The notes under the pieces are model-generated. The model was not told the DNA's origin, did not search any database, and saw only the letters and a program-made list of their open reading frames with translations. Of a DNA stretch of 64,000 nucleotides, positions 1 to 15,150 are shown in pieces. The stretch lies in NCBI RefSeq assembly GCF_009914755.1, contig NC_060932.1, one strand, 5' to 3'. Position 1 is the stretch's first letter; each line of letters starts with the position of its first letter. Origin of the DNA: the human T2T-CHM13v2.0 reference genome, Homo sapiens. The position numbers and the translations under genes were made by a program.

Positions 1-159
1 ACCACACCTGGCTAATTTTTTTTGTATTTTTAGTAGAGACAGGATTTCACAGAGTTTCATCGTGTTAGCTAGGATGATCTCAATCTCCTGACCTCATGAT
101 CCACTCGCCTCGGCCTCCCAGAGTGCTGGGATTACAGGTGTGAGTCACTGCGCCCACCC
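1..159 (-). mobile_element. Alu (left arm, cut by window edge)
   Basis: Antisense Alu motifs: TTTGTATTTTTAGTAGAGAC ... CTCGGCCTCCCAGAGTGCTGGGATTACAGGTGTGAG. Confidence 0.95.
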
Positions 160-288
160 TAATTAATCACTTTTTAATCCAATTCATCTTTTCCCTTTTG
201 ACAAAGTTTTAAAATTTTAATGTAATCTCCAGAACATCACATTTTCTTGCTGATTTGCTCGCTTCCCTTTCATTCCTCATTAGCCCAG

Positions 289-641
289 TGTATTAGTCTG
301 TTTTCATGCTGCTGATAAAAACATACCTAAGACTGGGAAGAAAAAGAGGTTTAATTGGACTTACAGCTCCACATGGCTGGGAAGTCCTCAGAATCATGGC
401 GGGAGGCAAAAGGCACTTCTTACATGGTCGTGGCAAGAGAAAAATGTGGAAGAAGCAAAAGTGGAAACCCCTGATAAACCCATCAGCTCTCATGAGACTT
501 ATTCAGTATCACAAGAACAGCACAGAAAAGACAGACCCTATTATTCAATTACCTCCCCTAGGTCCTTCCTAGAACACGGTGGAATTCTGGGAGATACAAT
601 TCAAGTTGAGATTTGGGTGGGGACAAAGCCAAACCATATCA
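289..641 (-). mobile_element. THE1/MSTA-type MaLR solo LTR
   Basis: TGTATTAGTCTGTTTTCATGCTGCTGATAAA ... CCAAACCATATCA is the reverse complement of the THE1 LTR; near-perfect 5-bp TSD CCCAG/CCCAT. Confidence 0.92.
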
Positions 642-679
642 CCCATTCTGTTGGATAGGTCTTCTTTTGGTTTATAGAT

Positions 680-966
680 CAGCGCTGTCCAATAGAAATT
701 TAATTTGAACCATAAATGTAACATGAAATTATTTTTAGTGCTATATTTTATTTAATTCAGTGTATCCAAAATATTACCATTTCAACATATAGTAAATATA
801 CATGTTTTTAATGAGATAATGTATTTAATACTATGTTTTTTATACTAAGTTCTTTTAAATCAAGTGGTTTGTTATTTACACTTTTAGCAAATCTCAATTC
901 AGACTAACAAATTACAAGTTCTTAATAGCCACATGTAGCTAATGGCTACCATACTGAAAAACACAG
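680..966 (+). mobile_element. MER33 (hAT-Charlie non-autonomous DNA transposon)
   Basis: Starts CAGCGCTGTCCAATAGAAAT, ends AATAGCCACATGTAGCTAATGGCTACCATACTG..ACACAG; hAT-like 8-bp flanks TTATAGAT/CTTTAGAT. Confidence 0.85.
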
Positions 967-1039
967 CTTTAGATCCTTGAAAGCCCCAGGGAAAAGCTTT
1001 CTAAACATTTTTCTTCCCTAACTATGTGTACTTCCTAGA

Positions 1040-1290
1040 GATATCACTTGGTCCCATGGCTTTAAAAGCCATCCACATACTGATGACTACCAAAGCCATA
1101 TAGTTAGCTTTGAATATTTAACTGGACAACTTTACTTTTATGACTAATAGTATCTTTAATATAACATTTTCAAAATATATCATTTCTACTCCTCCTTTCA
1201 AAATATTCTTATTCTTTTGCATTTTCCCATCTCAGTAAATATTGTCATTCTTCTCCTGTTGTTATAGTTAAACATTGGAAACATCTTTCC
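1040..1290 (+). mobile_element. L2 fragment
   Basis: CATGGCTTTAAAAGCCATCCACATACTGATGAC resembles the L2 RT YADD-region consensus. Confidence 0.6.
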
Positions 1291-1324
1291 ATTTCAGAAA
1301 GAAAGAAGAAATATTGATGTTTTA

Positions 1325-1480
1325 GTAACATGATGACAAATAGCTATCCATATATGGAAAATAGCAAAGTCAAATCCATACCTCACCACTTAAATCAAAA
1401 CAAATTTTAGATGAATTAAAAATGTAAAGTAAAAAATGCCAACAAAATGCAGTGGAAGGAAATGTCAGCATGTATGCATC
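1325..1480 (+). mobile_element. Old L1 (L1M) ORF2 3' fragment
   Basis: GCTATCCATATATGGAAAA...CCATACCTCACC...AGATGAATTAAA is typical degraded L1 ORF2. Confidence 0.55.
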
Positions 1481-1488
1481 AAGGAATA

Positions 1489-1922
<434 letters not shown>

Positions 1923-2269
1923 TAAGAAATTTTTAAATGTTCATTTTCTCTTACCAGTTCTGGAAACTACTTACAATACATCTTGCCACATGTTTTAAAA
2001 CTTTTAAAAACCTGGTCCATATTTGACAGTCGCAAGATATTAAAAACATCTAGATATACATGAGCAACTCAAGTGGTGAAAAAATGATAAAGAGAAAAAC
2101 TTGGATAAGGAATTGTTATCCAAATATTTTGCTTCCAGTTGTGTTTATTGTTTATGTGCAGTCACATAGTATTACTGGCATATAATATATGCTTATAACT
2201 ACTTAATAATATGAATTAATTTTTTTAATCTAATACATATCTGACACTGTGGCAACTGATTTAATAGTC

Positions 2270-2430
2270 ATAACAGTTTTGAGATAGGTGCTATTATCAC
2301 TTTTATTGTATAAACTAGTAAAGTGAGGCAGAGAGAGATTAATAAAGCTTATTCAAGGTCACTCAGCTATTAGGTGGCAGATAGGGGATTCAGGCCCTGT
2401 GTGCTCACCTCCAGAGACTGGGTCCTTAAG
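2270..2430 (-). mobile_element. MIR
   Basis: GAGATAGGTGCTATTATC...GTGAGGCAGAGAGAG...CAAGGTCACTCAGCTA is the antisense MIR core. Confidence 0.75.
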
Positions 2431-2614
2431 ATCAACGCCAGAGCATCTCTTAGTGATGTTGAATACATGTTTAAATAGATAAATAAATTAACAAATGAAT
2501 ATTAAGACATATGCCTCTCAAAATAATAAGGCTGTGAAATATCCTTTTCATAGATCATGAAAATATTGCTTAAAACAATGATGCAATAGACACATTTTAC
2601 TTTTGCTAATGAAG

Positions 2615-2645
2615 TTTCTAATATACACATTTCTAATATACACAT
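2615..2645. repeat. 15-bp tandem duplication TTTCTAATATACACA x2
   Basis: Read directly from the sequence. Confidence 0.9.
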
Positions 2646-2665
2646 TATGAGTAACTTTAGCCTAC

Positions 2666-3047
2666 TGGTATGGCCTGAATTATGTCTCCCCCAAAGTTTA
2701 TATGTTATAGCCCTAACTCTAATCCCCAATATGACACTATTTGGAGATAGAGACTTTGTGAGGTAATAGGTTTAGATCAGATCAGGGGATGGGGCCCTCA
2801 TGTTGGGACTGATACCCTTATAAGAAGAGAGATCAGACATCTCTCTTCATCTCTCTCTCTCTGCCATGTGAGAATACAGCGAGAATACAGTTATCTGTAA
2901 GCCAGGAAGAAAGTTGTCATTAGAACGTAACCATGCTGGTACCCTGGTCTTGGATTTCTAGCCTCCAAAAACCTTAGGTATAAATTTCTCTTGGGTAAGC
3001 TATTGAACCTATAGTAATTTGTTATGTTAGCCTGAGCAGACTACGAC
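2666..3047 (+). mobile_element. MLT1A/B-type MaLR solo LTR
   Basis: TGGTATGGCCTGAATTATGTCTCCCCCAAA ... GCCTGAGCAGACTACGACA. Confidence 0.85.
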
Positions 3048-3129
3048 ACTCATTTTTAAAAATTTATATATCAGTTATGTTTTCTGCAAAATTTGTTGTT
3101 GGTTTTTAAGCATGAGTTGCATATTTTAG

Positions 3130-5890
3130 TTATTAATACTTTGCTTTTTCATATACATTTTAGAATAAGCTTGCCAATTTTATAAAATGCTTCTGGAACT
3201 TTGATTTAGATTTTGTAAAATCTATAGACTTATTTGGGAGAAAAAGCATCTTAACAATATTAAGTGTTCTGCTCCATGAGCATGGTATAGCTCACAAATT
3301 ATATAGGTGTTTTGAAGTTGCTCTCAGCAATGTTTTACAGTTTTCAGTTGAAAGCTTTGGCACAGCCTTTGTTTAATTTTTCCTTTTTAATTTTTTTAAC
3401 ATTTTCCTTTTTTGTTTTTGATGTACTGCAAAAAGTATTTTTTCACATTAGTTTCACATCATTCATTGCTAGTATATAGAAATACAATTGATATTTATAT
3501 ATTGACCTTGACTGCTATAACCTTGCTGACATCACATAAAAGTTCTAGTGATTTTTGCATAGATTTCCTAAGTTTTTCTACAAGAAATTATGTATTGTAT
3601 ACATAATCATACTTTTTCTTTCTAACATCCATTTTATCACTTTATTTTTCTACTTACTACACATGATCTATAGTGTGATATTTAATAGAAGTTGTGAGAA
3701 TGAAAAACCTAGCTTTGCTAACAAACTTAGGAGTAAAGAATTAAGTGTTCCACCATAGGCTTCTTTCTTTTTTGTAATTACCTTTTATAAACAAGGAAAT
3801 TTTTCCTTTGCATTCCAATTTTGCCTAGAATTCTTATCACAAATCTTTGTTTAGCTTTTGTTCACATTTATTGAAATGAAAATATGGTTTTTCACCTTTA
3901 ATCTGTTAATCTTGTTAATTATATTGTCTAATTTTGAAATTTAAATCAAGCATGCACTCATAGATAAGTTCCAATGAGTCATGATGTTATTTTTATGTCT
4001 AGATTAAATCTGCTAATGTTTTGTTGAGAATTTTTATAATAAGTTTTATGATGACTATTAACCTGTAGTTTAATTTTTTTGTCATGTATTTGTCTGGTTC
4101 TGGTATCAGAATAATGTTGACTTCATAGAATGAGATGGCAAGTGTCTTCTCCATTTGTATTTTCAGACATAGTTTGACTTGTATTGGTATATTTCCTCTC
4201 TAAATGTTTGGTAGAATTCAACAGTGTGGATACCTGTAACGGATTTACTTTGTGGAAAAGCTTTAACTGCAAATTAAATATTTTTGAGAGAAATAGAGCC
4301 TTTCAAGTTTTATGGTTTTAGTGGTATGAATCTTGTTAGTTTGTGTCTTTCATGAAATTTATTAATTGTTTTCTAAGTATTCAACTATATTGGTATGATA
4401 TTCTCTAATTATTTTTTAAAGCCTTTAGAATATTGAATGATGTCTTCTCATTTATATTTTATGTCTCCACTTTTCGTACACATTAGTTTGGCTGGAGTAT
4501 TGGAACAAGCTTTTAGTTTTATTGATTTCCTCTTGCTATGGTTTGAATGTGTTCTGGAAGGTTTCTGTGTTGGAAACTTAATCCTTAATGCAATCGTGTT
4601 GAGAGGTGGGACCTTTAAGAGGTTATTGTCATGAGGATTCCACCCTCATGGGTGGATTAATGTTGTTACTGTGGGAGTGGGTTTGTTATTGCAAGAGTGC
4701 GCTTGTTATAAAAGTGAGTTCAGCCCTCTCTTGTTCTCTCTTGCACATGGTATTTTGCCCTTTTGCTTTCCACCATAGGATGACACAGCAAGAAGGCCCC
4801 CACCAGGTGTGGCTTTTTGACCTTGGACTTCCCAGCCTCCAGAACTGTAAGAAGGAAATTCTGTTCTTTTTAAATTACCCAGTCTCAGGTACTCTGTTCT
4901 AGCAGCACAAAACAAACCTAGGATGGGATATCATGGGATAATACAGCAAGAAGACTGTGCCAGCTTCTGGTCCCTTGATCTTGAACTTTCTAGACTTCAA
5001 AACTGTGACCCAGTAAATTTCTGTTCATTTAAATTACCCAGTGTCAGGTATCCCATTACAGCAGCACAAAACAAAGGCACCTCTATTTTTTTTCTGTTTC
5101 CAATTTCATTGATTTCTAGTCTTATCTGTATTATTACTTTTTCTACATTTTTTGGAATAAGTTTCCTCTTCCTTTCTAATGTTTAATGCTACGCATTTAT
5201 CTCTAAGGGCAATTTAGCTGCATTCTTCAAATTTTTTGATGTTTGTGTTATTATTTTTATTAAATTCCATATATTTTCAAATTTTAGACATAATATTCTC
5301 TTTGACCTATGGATAATGCAAAGTTATGCTGTTTAATTTGTAAATATTTGGGAATTTTAGTGATATCTTTCATTTTTGTTTTTAAATTCAATTTTATTGT
5401 TATTAGAAAACATATTTTTATGATTTCAATACTTTCAAATGTAAAGTTATTGAGAATTCTTTTATGGACCCACATTTGATATAGGTTCTGTGCAAATTTT
5501 TAAAAAACGTGTATTCTGCTGTCATTGGGTGGAAGTGCTTTATAGATGTCAACTAGGTCTAGCTTTTTCATAGTTTGAGTGTTCCTAACAATTTTCTATC
5601 TATTTCATTCTGTAATCATTGAAAGGGGATATTGAAATCTCCATCAATATTGGATTTCATTATTTCTCCTTCCAGCTATAACAGGTTTCCTTCATGTGCT
5701 TTGTATCTCTCCTTTTAGATCTTTATATATTTATTATTTTTATGTCCTGAATTTATCATATTATTGTGAAAGACCTCTCTTATTCTTGTTAATATTTTGT
5801 GAATTTTTTTTTATATTAGCCAGTGTGCATTTGTGTGTGTCCTGATATGGAAAATTGTTTTCTATCCTTAAACTTTTAACCTAATAAGGT
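3130..5890 (-). mobile_element. Old L1 (L1M) ORF2 segment, interrupted by an MST LTR
   Basis: T-rich antisense L1 ORF2 motifs (e.g. TCTGGTATCAGAATAATGTTGACTTCATAGAATGAG; TGTTTGGTAGAATTCA); resumes after 5084. Confidence 0.8.
4534..5079 (+). mobile_element. MSTB/MSTC-type MaLR LTR with a duplicated 3' part
   Basis: TGCTATGGTTTGAATGTG start; 3' block (AAATTACCCAGT..CAGGTA..AGCAGCACAAAACAAA) present twice; whole unit flanked by TSD CCTCT (4529-4533, 5080-5084). Confidence 0.88.
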
Positions 5891-5897
5891 TCTTGCA

Positions 5898-6882
5898 CAA
5901 GTAATCTTCACTTTGAATGATTCTCGTATGAATGGCTTTCATGTACCATGGTTTAGTTAAATACTACTTCCTCAACAGCATGGTTCAAATTTCAGTTACC
6001 ATGGTGTATTCAACTGTGAGTAATTTCATAAGGTATAACTTTGATATAAACTCTTTAGTCCACAGTCACTATATTAAATCACAGATGTTCACTTCTTTCA
6101 AAGTATTTTGTTGATTGGTCACTGAACATATGTTGTTAATTTCATGTACAGACAGCAACGCATGTAGTTATATTTCCTCCTTGCTGCCCAGTGATAAACC
6201 CACACGACATTTTACTAAAATGAATATCGAGAGAGAAAGCTGCCCAAGAAAGATAAAAATGTAGCCAGGAAACAAAAAGTGATAATGCTAGAAGCAAAGT
6301 TCAAGCAAAATGCAAATGAAGTTCTAGGAGAAGTAACTTACTATGGGAATATAAAAACTGTCACATTTCAAGAGACTATAGATATGCAGCTAGAGGACCA
6401 CAGTGAAGTCAAACATAATGAAAAGAATTAAGACATTCGAGAGGAACTGATGCTGACAAAAACTTCACATTAAAGAAACTCTGAGGGATATTTCACAACT
6501 TGGAGGCAAAAGCATACACTGTTTAAAGTAGACTTAGAAAAGAGTATGACAAATTGCCAAAACATGATAAAAGCCTTTCTCTATACTATATATTATGCAA
6601 TGAAAACACTTTCAAATTACTCCTTATTTTTTTTAACAGCAAGTAAAACACTTAAGTCCTCAGTTTCTAATGTTTTAAATTACAGTGTATTAAACTACTA
6701 TTTTTTTTAATTTTTGTATACAATTATCATGGAGAGTAAAAGGATTTTTAATGTTTGAACAAAACATTTTAAAGCTAATGGGACAATTGCTATTTTTTTA
6801 ATGACCAAGTTTACTTATCACATGTTCAACTCCCATGATTATTTTATTGTCCCATACTACCATGCAAAGCAAGGACTGCCTA
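5898..6882. mobile_element. Tigger-family (TcMar) DNA transposon, Tigger13a-like
   Basis: Degenerate TIRs CAAGTAATCTTCACTTTG... / ...GCAAAGCAAGGACTGCCTA followed by TA; internal Tigger-like sequence. Confidence 0.65.
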
Positions 6883-7745
6883 TATTTAAAGTAGGTGAGT
6901 CTGGAAGACTGTGAAGTGCTTTTTCATCCAGGTAACAGTCTGTACATACTCTGAAAACATAGCAGTAATTAAGATATAATAATGAAAATCTACATGAAGA
7001 AAAAATATCTATAGATTTTCTTCTAAAACAAGACAGAAAAATAGAAAGAAAACTTAAACACATTGCTCTGATTGATTGAACTCTCCAGCAAGATGGTATA
7101 ATTTTATAAGTTATGATCTGAGATAGCATGATCAAGAAACTAAAAAATACCGCATGATTTTAAAAAATCAAACAAATTATAATTAAATTAAAAGATGTAG
7201 ATTTGATGATAATCTTAGTGAAAGGCAAGACAAATAGATATTCACATGGGGCAATTCTTAAAAATGATCGTAATTGGAATACTTTGACATAGTGAAGTTG
7301 GTTTGCTTAGTCTGTTTTTAAATTGTGAGTTCCCTTTATCCATAGGCTATATCAATATTGACAGTTTCCCATGGTACCACTATAGCATTTGCTCAACATT
7401 TTGCAGATGTGTGTACATAGGTTAAAAGACAAAAGTCAGGTTTTAATTCCCTAGCTTCTGAAGTTGCATTGCCCCCAGTCTACCTTGATGTCATACAATT
7501 GTCAAGCTCCAATTTCTGCTCAGATATCTGTTTATTACCGACTTTTCCTTCCTTTCTGAGGATTTCTTACATCGTGCCTGTTCCTTTACAAAATCAATTC
7601 CCTTGCTCGGTAAACATTTAAAGTGGACTCTAGAATTTCACATCAACTATTTTACATTTATTTTATTTTTATTTCTGGTTTTAAAACCCAAATATTAGTA
7701 AAATTGCAACCATATGAATGGATTCTGCCTCCCACCCCATCTTAG

Positions 7746-8091
7746 GTCTTAGTTCATTCAGGTTGTTATAACAAAATACCTTAGATTGGGTAATTTATGA
7801 ACAGTGGAAATTTATTGTTCACAGGTCTGGAGGCTGGGAAGATTAAGGTGCCTGAAGATTCAGTGTTTGATGAGAGCTCTCTGCTGCAGAGACAGAGCCT
7901 TCTAGCTGTGTCAACATGGGAAAAGGGATAAACAATCTCTTTCAGATCTAAAGGTGCTAATCCCATTCATGAGGACTCTATCCTCATCACCTAACCACCT
8001 CCCAAAGCCCCACCTCGTCATACCACCACATTATAGGGTGGGTTTTAACATATGAATTTTGAGGGGATATGCCAACATTGAGACCACAGCA
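7746..8091 (-). mobile_element. MLT1A/MST-type MaLR solo LTR
   Basis: GTCTTAGTTCATTCAGGTTGTTATAACAAAATACC...AAATTTATTGTTCACAGGTCTGGAGGCTGGGAAG ... GACCACAGCA. Confidence 0.85.
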
Positions 8092-8369
8092 CTTCTCTAC
8101 TCACCCCCAGTTCTGGGAGCCTTAAAGCAATGGGAGCTGAAGAGTTTGACTCAAGGAAAGGAACAAATCGTGAAGGAAAGAAGGTCAGCAGTTTTTCCTA
8201 AATTGTCCCTTTTTGCATTTTCTTGATTTGGAAGTTTTATATTGCATTTTTCTTAACCTAGCAGTAACTAGTAATACGTAATACTATATTTTTAAAGAAA
8301 ATTTTCTATTTTGGGTATCACTACCATATTGTTACACAAGAAAACATATACATATTCTTTAGTTATCTA

Positions 8370-9320
8370 TTTACCATTCCCTTCTTGTAACGTTTGTATA
8401 AAATTTGAAGTCATGTCATTTTAATATAAATAATAAAACAAGTAGAATATAGTTTATATGACATTTTACATACTCTATATTTTATACCATCTGATTTATA
8501 TTTCATATGGTATTATCCCTCACACTTGCTTCTTGCATTTTACTCCTTCCCTCCGGATTTACTTTTCTTATTGCTGAAAGCACATTCTCCAAGTGTTTCG
8601 GTAAAACATTTTAGTTTTTCTTAAATTTTCATAGATGCTTTACTCACAATGACTCTTGAACGATAATTTTTATGGAAACATTCGAACATAACTTATATTG
8701 TTACTTCATAGAATAAGCTAATCTATTGTATTCTAGAAGATTGTGTCATAGGAATAAGATATCTTTTAATAATTGAGTTTTTTGGTTTTTGTTTTTTTGG
8801 TAATCTCACTTGTTCTTGAGAGCTTTTAACAGTCTCTCTTTATTCTTAGTGTTTCGTAGACTATGATATGTCTCAGCGTGACTTTTTTTAATCCTTCTCG
8901 TTCCTTAGTGAGTTTCTGCAAGACTCATATCCTTCTGGAAATCTTTAACATTAGCTCTTCAAATACTGTTCTCCATTCCTGAAACTATTCTTAGACGTAT
9001 ATTGGAACTGCTATGTCTATCTTCTGTACAATCTTAATGCTTTCTTTTTTATATTTACCTATCTCCTTAAAAATTATAGAGTAAATAAATATATAACAGT
9101 GGTATTTAGTATAATTTTTTATATTTTCTTTTTTATTTTTACAGATGTTTTTATCTTTCTAAAAATGCAAAGCATATTTATTTTAGAGTTATTTAGCATT
9201 GTGCTTTCAGAAAAAGTTCATTTTGAATAAATTAACCTTCTTATTTTTGATATTGTGACTTCCTTGCTGTCAGTTTTCCTAATATGATTTGTAACTTTAG
9301 CTTGAGAGCATATTTTAACC
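8370..9320 (-). mobile_element. Degraded old L1 (L1ME-like) segment
   Basis: T-rich antisense L1-like motifs (CTTTATTCTTAGTGTTTC..ACTATGATATGTCT; CTTCTGGAAAATCT); boundaries approximate. Confidence 0.5.
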
Positions 9321-9794
9321 GAAATGTTAGTCCTCTCTCTTTTTCTACTGATCTCTTCTGTCTAGAAATCTTGTGGTTCCCTCCAAGCCATCAAGAAGTA
9401 CAGTCTAAACTCAGATCCCCTCCTGGTAGTCACAGAATCCCAATCTCAATGACAATGGATTCATTCACCACCCAGCCAGGGTGGGATTTGACTTTGCTCC
9501 TGTTTGAGGTGTTGCCATTGCTCTCCCTTCCACTGTAGCTAAGCATTTCTATGGAGCTGTACTCTGGGCAGTGGTTCCCATGTGTTTTAGATTTCACATA
9601 AGTGGAGTTCTTCCTCAGCCTTCAGTTTTATGCAGTAGAGAAGCCTGGCTTGTCTGTCCACTACGTAGGTGAACCTTTGGTCCCCACTACTCCCTATCAA
9701 ACTCCTCAGCCTGTTCCTGTGCTCAAAATACAGCAAACTTCCATGCTAGATTCCTCTCAGTTTTCATACATAACACACATGTATATGTATTCAT

Positions 9795-10206
9795 GTCTTT
9801 GTGTGTTCCTCCAAGTTCTTGCTAAAAAGACACAGAAACAGGGTAAATTACACAAGAAATGTAGTAGGAAAATGCCAGTGAGAAAAAATGGGAAGGGAGC
9901 CAGAAGAGGCTGGAAGAGGGATCCAGAGAAGGAGACAGAAAAGGAAGGCTGTATGGGAGCATCTTAGACATTAGTGATGTTGTAAAGAAAGTTCAGCAAA
10001 GTCATTGTGGAAAACATCGGGCAAAAGTTGCAGGTCAGAGCTATCCTGCATCTTTCTAGAGCAGCAGCCCTCCGTGTAATTGTCATTAGCTGGGAGCCTG
10101 TAGGCTGCGTGAACGCAGGTGAATGTGACTAACAGAGAATTTGGGCCTCAGTCATTCCGCTTCTTGTAGTCACAGATCTGAGAGGGGTGTTTTCACAGCC
10201 ACTACA
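9795..10206 (-). mobile_element. Old ERVL-type LTR (LTR16/LTR33/LTR41-like)
   Basis: Purine-rich body ending GATCTGAGAGGGG...CAGCCACTACA, as in ERVL LTRs; subfamily uncertain. Confidence 0.45.
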
Positions 10207-11306
10207 CTTGCCACTTTTTTTTAGTTGTGTCTTTTTCAAGGAGCACAGACAACACTTTCAATTCAAGATAGCAGACTGATCAATGTTGAAGTCTCCCCTC
10301 TGATACCAAATACAAATAAGTGAAAATAGAAGTGGGGGAAAAATCAATGACCATTGTAAGAAAGCTAAGAATTCGAAACATGAAAAACTGAGAGGATACC
10401 TTGAGTACTAGAAAAGAGATGGAGCTCGATTCCAGACTGAAATCAGAGCCCAGAAGACATTCTGGAGAGCATTGGTAAACACAGTAGATGCATCATAAAT
10501 GATTCTCCATCACCAATAGTATGGGGCACAGGAGGGTGTTTGGGGAAAGCTATAGGATGATTGGATATGACAGCAGCAATCTACGTGAGGCAGCAGCAGG
10601 AAATTCAGGACCTTAGGCAAGAGAGACCTTAACTCTCCCCTAGATGGCTTCTGTGAAGATGGGATAGATGAGTTAGATAGCAAGAAGATGTTAGGTAACT
10701 GATGGAAGAAGAAGGGAGAAGTAATTTACAAGGTCATATATAGATAGCGGAGGCAAATTTTGTTATAAATTTTTTCCTAGGCTCTAACCTATTTGTGAAG
10801 TTTTATGTGGGTCTGTCCATATTAATAGGAAATGAATCTATCCTGAAATCTAATCTCCCTTTTATGCTGTTTTTTAAAATAGGATCTCAAAACAACCCCT
10901 TAAACCTGTGAGCTCTACGGTGTCTCCGTTTCTTCCTTCTTTCCTTCCCCTTTTTATACCCCCCAAATGGTAGTGAATACAGTGTAGATTCTGAATATTT
11001 ACATGTGTTTCTGAAGTGAATGTAAGACTCCAGATATTTACGTTTGGCTTTATGTGTCATACAACATCATCCCTTAGTACCAGAAAATATTAATAGAAAA
11101 TACACTTCGCCGGTGCTTAATTAGATGATTTTAGGACCATCTTGAATTGTGTCTACATACACAAGTATAAGTAAGTTTTTGAGAAATTCTAGTTGAATTT
11201 TTGGTTAAGGCCATAAGAAAAAAAAAAATATTCATTCTAGCAAATGTTTGACTAAAGCCCTAGTTGGTTATTGCATTTTCTTTCTGAATGCATATCACAA
11301 AAATAA

Positions 11307-11621
<315 letters not shown>

Positions 11622-12009
11622 GAGAATTATTCTTATATGCTACTTATATGGCACATCATGTGGGCTTAGGGAAAAATCAACTTGTTGCATAAAAGAATGC
11701 ATTCAAAATGCTTGAAGACTTTCTTAATAAAGATGGTGTTTTAAAGGTTCACCTAAGTGCACAACAGATTCAATGTTTTATAAAGGGTGTAATTTTTTGA
11801 AAAGTGAGCAAGCATGAGAAAACATTGTTTGCAGCACATTAATATCAAAGTTCGAGAATAAAAATACGTACTCTATAAAAATAAGTACCACAAAACACAA
11901 TTCTGACTACTCATTCTATTTGAGTAATTATGAATGAGTTATGAATGGATTATTCATTCACTAATTGATTTTTTGAATTTTCTTTAAGAACCTATGGTGA
12001 GTTAGTTGA

Positions 12010-13030
12010 ATTACTGAGACATTCTGTTGTAGTTCATTCAACAATTGCAATTGCTATATAGTATTCTATTGTATGAATATTAATTTGTCCATTTTACTGT
12101 AAATTAACTTCTAGGTTGCTTTTCACATTGGGTTAATTTAAAAGATGTTTCTATGAACATTCTTGCATATGTGTTTTAGTGTGTTCCCACTATTTAAAGA
12201 TGCATATTAATATTCACATTTTTAAGGTGATTATGAAAGAGTGAATTAATAGATAATAAGGAAGGTATATTTTCAGGTTTATTAGATAATAATCTGTCTT
12301 CCAAAATGTTGACACCAATTTATACTCACACTAGCAGGGAAACTATTTTTTTTAGGTACTCGTTCTTTTAGTTCTCTTTGTTTTTTTTTTTGTTGTTGTT
12401 CTCATTCTTTTAGTACTCGTTCTTACTAATTTGGTGTTTCCTGTCTTTTTCATTTTAGTCAATATGTTATGTATGTGGTTTTAATTCACATTTCCCTTAT
12501 GACTGATAAATTTCAGCGTCATTTTATATGTTTTTTGGCTTTTGGATATCGTAATTTGTAAAATGCTGTTTGAGTTTTCTGTCCATTTTTCTACCGGATT
12601 GACACTTTATCTTTTGCATTTATAGGAGATTTTTCTATATTCTGTCTATGAGTCCTTTCTCAAAAATAGATAGTAAATACCTTCTTTTAAGATGGTAGTT
12701 GGCTTTTATCTCTCTTAACTCTCTTTAAGTTTATCCCTTTTGAAGAAATCTTTGCTTCTACCAAGGTCTTAAGGGTATTCTTTTATGTTTTCCTCCAAAA
12801 GCTTTATTTTTCACTTTAACATTAGATCTACAACATTGCTAGAACCGACTTTTGTGTATTGTATCACAGAGGTTTGATTTGGTCTTTCCTATGTAGATAC
12901 CTAATTAACCTTGCACCACTTACTAAAAAGACATTCCCATCCCAACAACATTGCAGTGTAAGCTGTGTCAAAAATCAAATGACCCTCTACACATGGGTCT
13001 TTCTCCGGGCTCTTGTTCTGTTTTACCAGC
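12010..13030 (-). mobile_element. Old L1M 3' end
   Basis: TATAGTATTCTATTGTATGAATA; CTATGAACATTCTTGCATATGT; TTTTAATTCACATTTCCC are antisense L1 3' motifs. Confidence 0.75.
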
Positions 13031-13401
13031 CTTTCTGTTGTATTTGTTAAAATGTCATGCTAATCATGATGTTTTCAAAGTATTATTGCCAATATCTCAA
13101 GGAACCCATTTATAATAATAATAAATGTAAATGTATATTTCAGGATACTCAATCATTAAATTTTTTTGCAACATCTCATATTCAATTAGGTCATCATTAT
13201 TGCCTCACGATGTGGCTGATGAAGAGTTCACACTCTTTATCACGTGACAGCTAATTTACTCATTATTCTCTTGTGCTTAATTATCTTCAACATGTGACTT
13301 GTCTTGGTAAATTTTTAGAACATTTGGCCATTCAATGTACTTAACTCTAAATAATAGAAACTGTAGATCTGCTTATTTAGAAATGTTACATTACATGTTA
13401 C

Positions 13402-13760
<359 letters not shown>

Positions 13761-13924
13761 TAAGAAACTTAGGCTTTCATCTCAAGATAACTCCTGACAC
13801 AGCATAGGATGTAAGGAGCAATGGAGATGGCCAATTTTGATCTGCATATAAAATATCAATAGAAATTCAAATCTTGTCTGTTTCTAAGATTAGATTTTTA
13901 ATAAAACAAATACAACTTTGATTT

Positions 13925-14480
<556 letters not shown>

Positions 14481-14666
14481 AGCAGAGACTATTGTGGAAC
14501 CCGCAAGTAACTCAGCAGATAGTGGGAGAAATTGGGATATGGTGGGGAGGGCAGGCAGTTGTTAATGGTGTGTATTCTTTGTTCTGCTTTCAAATGTTGT
14601 GGCTGAGAACTGCTCTTTAACACCAGGTCTTTGACCCACTAATAATCCCCACTTTAAAAATGTCCT

Positions 14667-15150
<484 letters not shown>

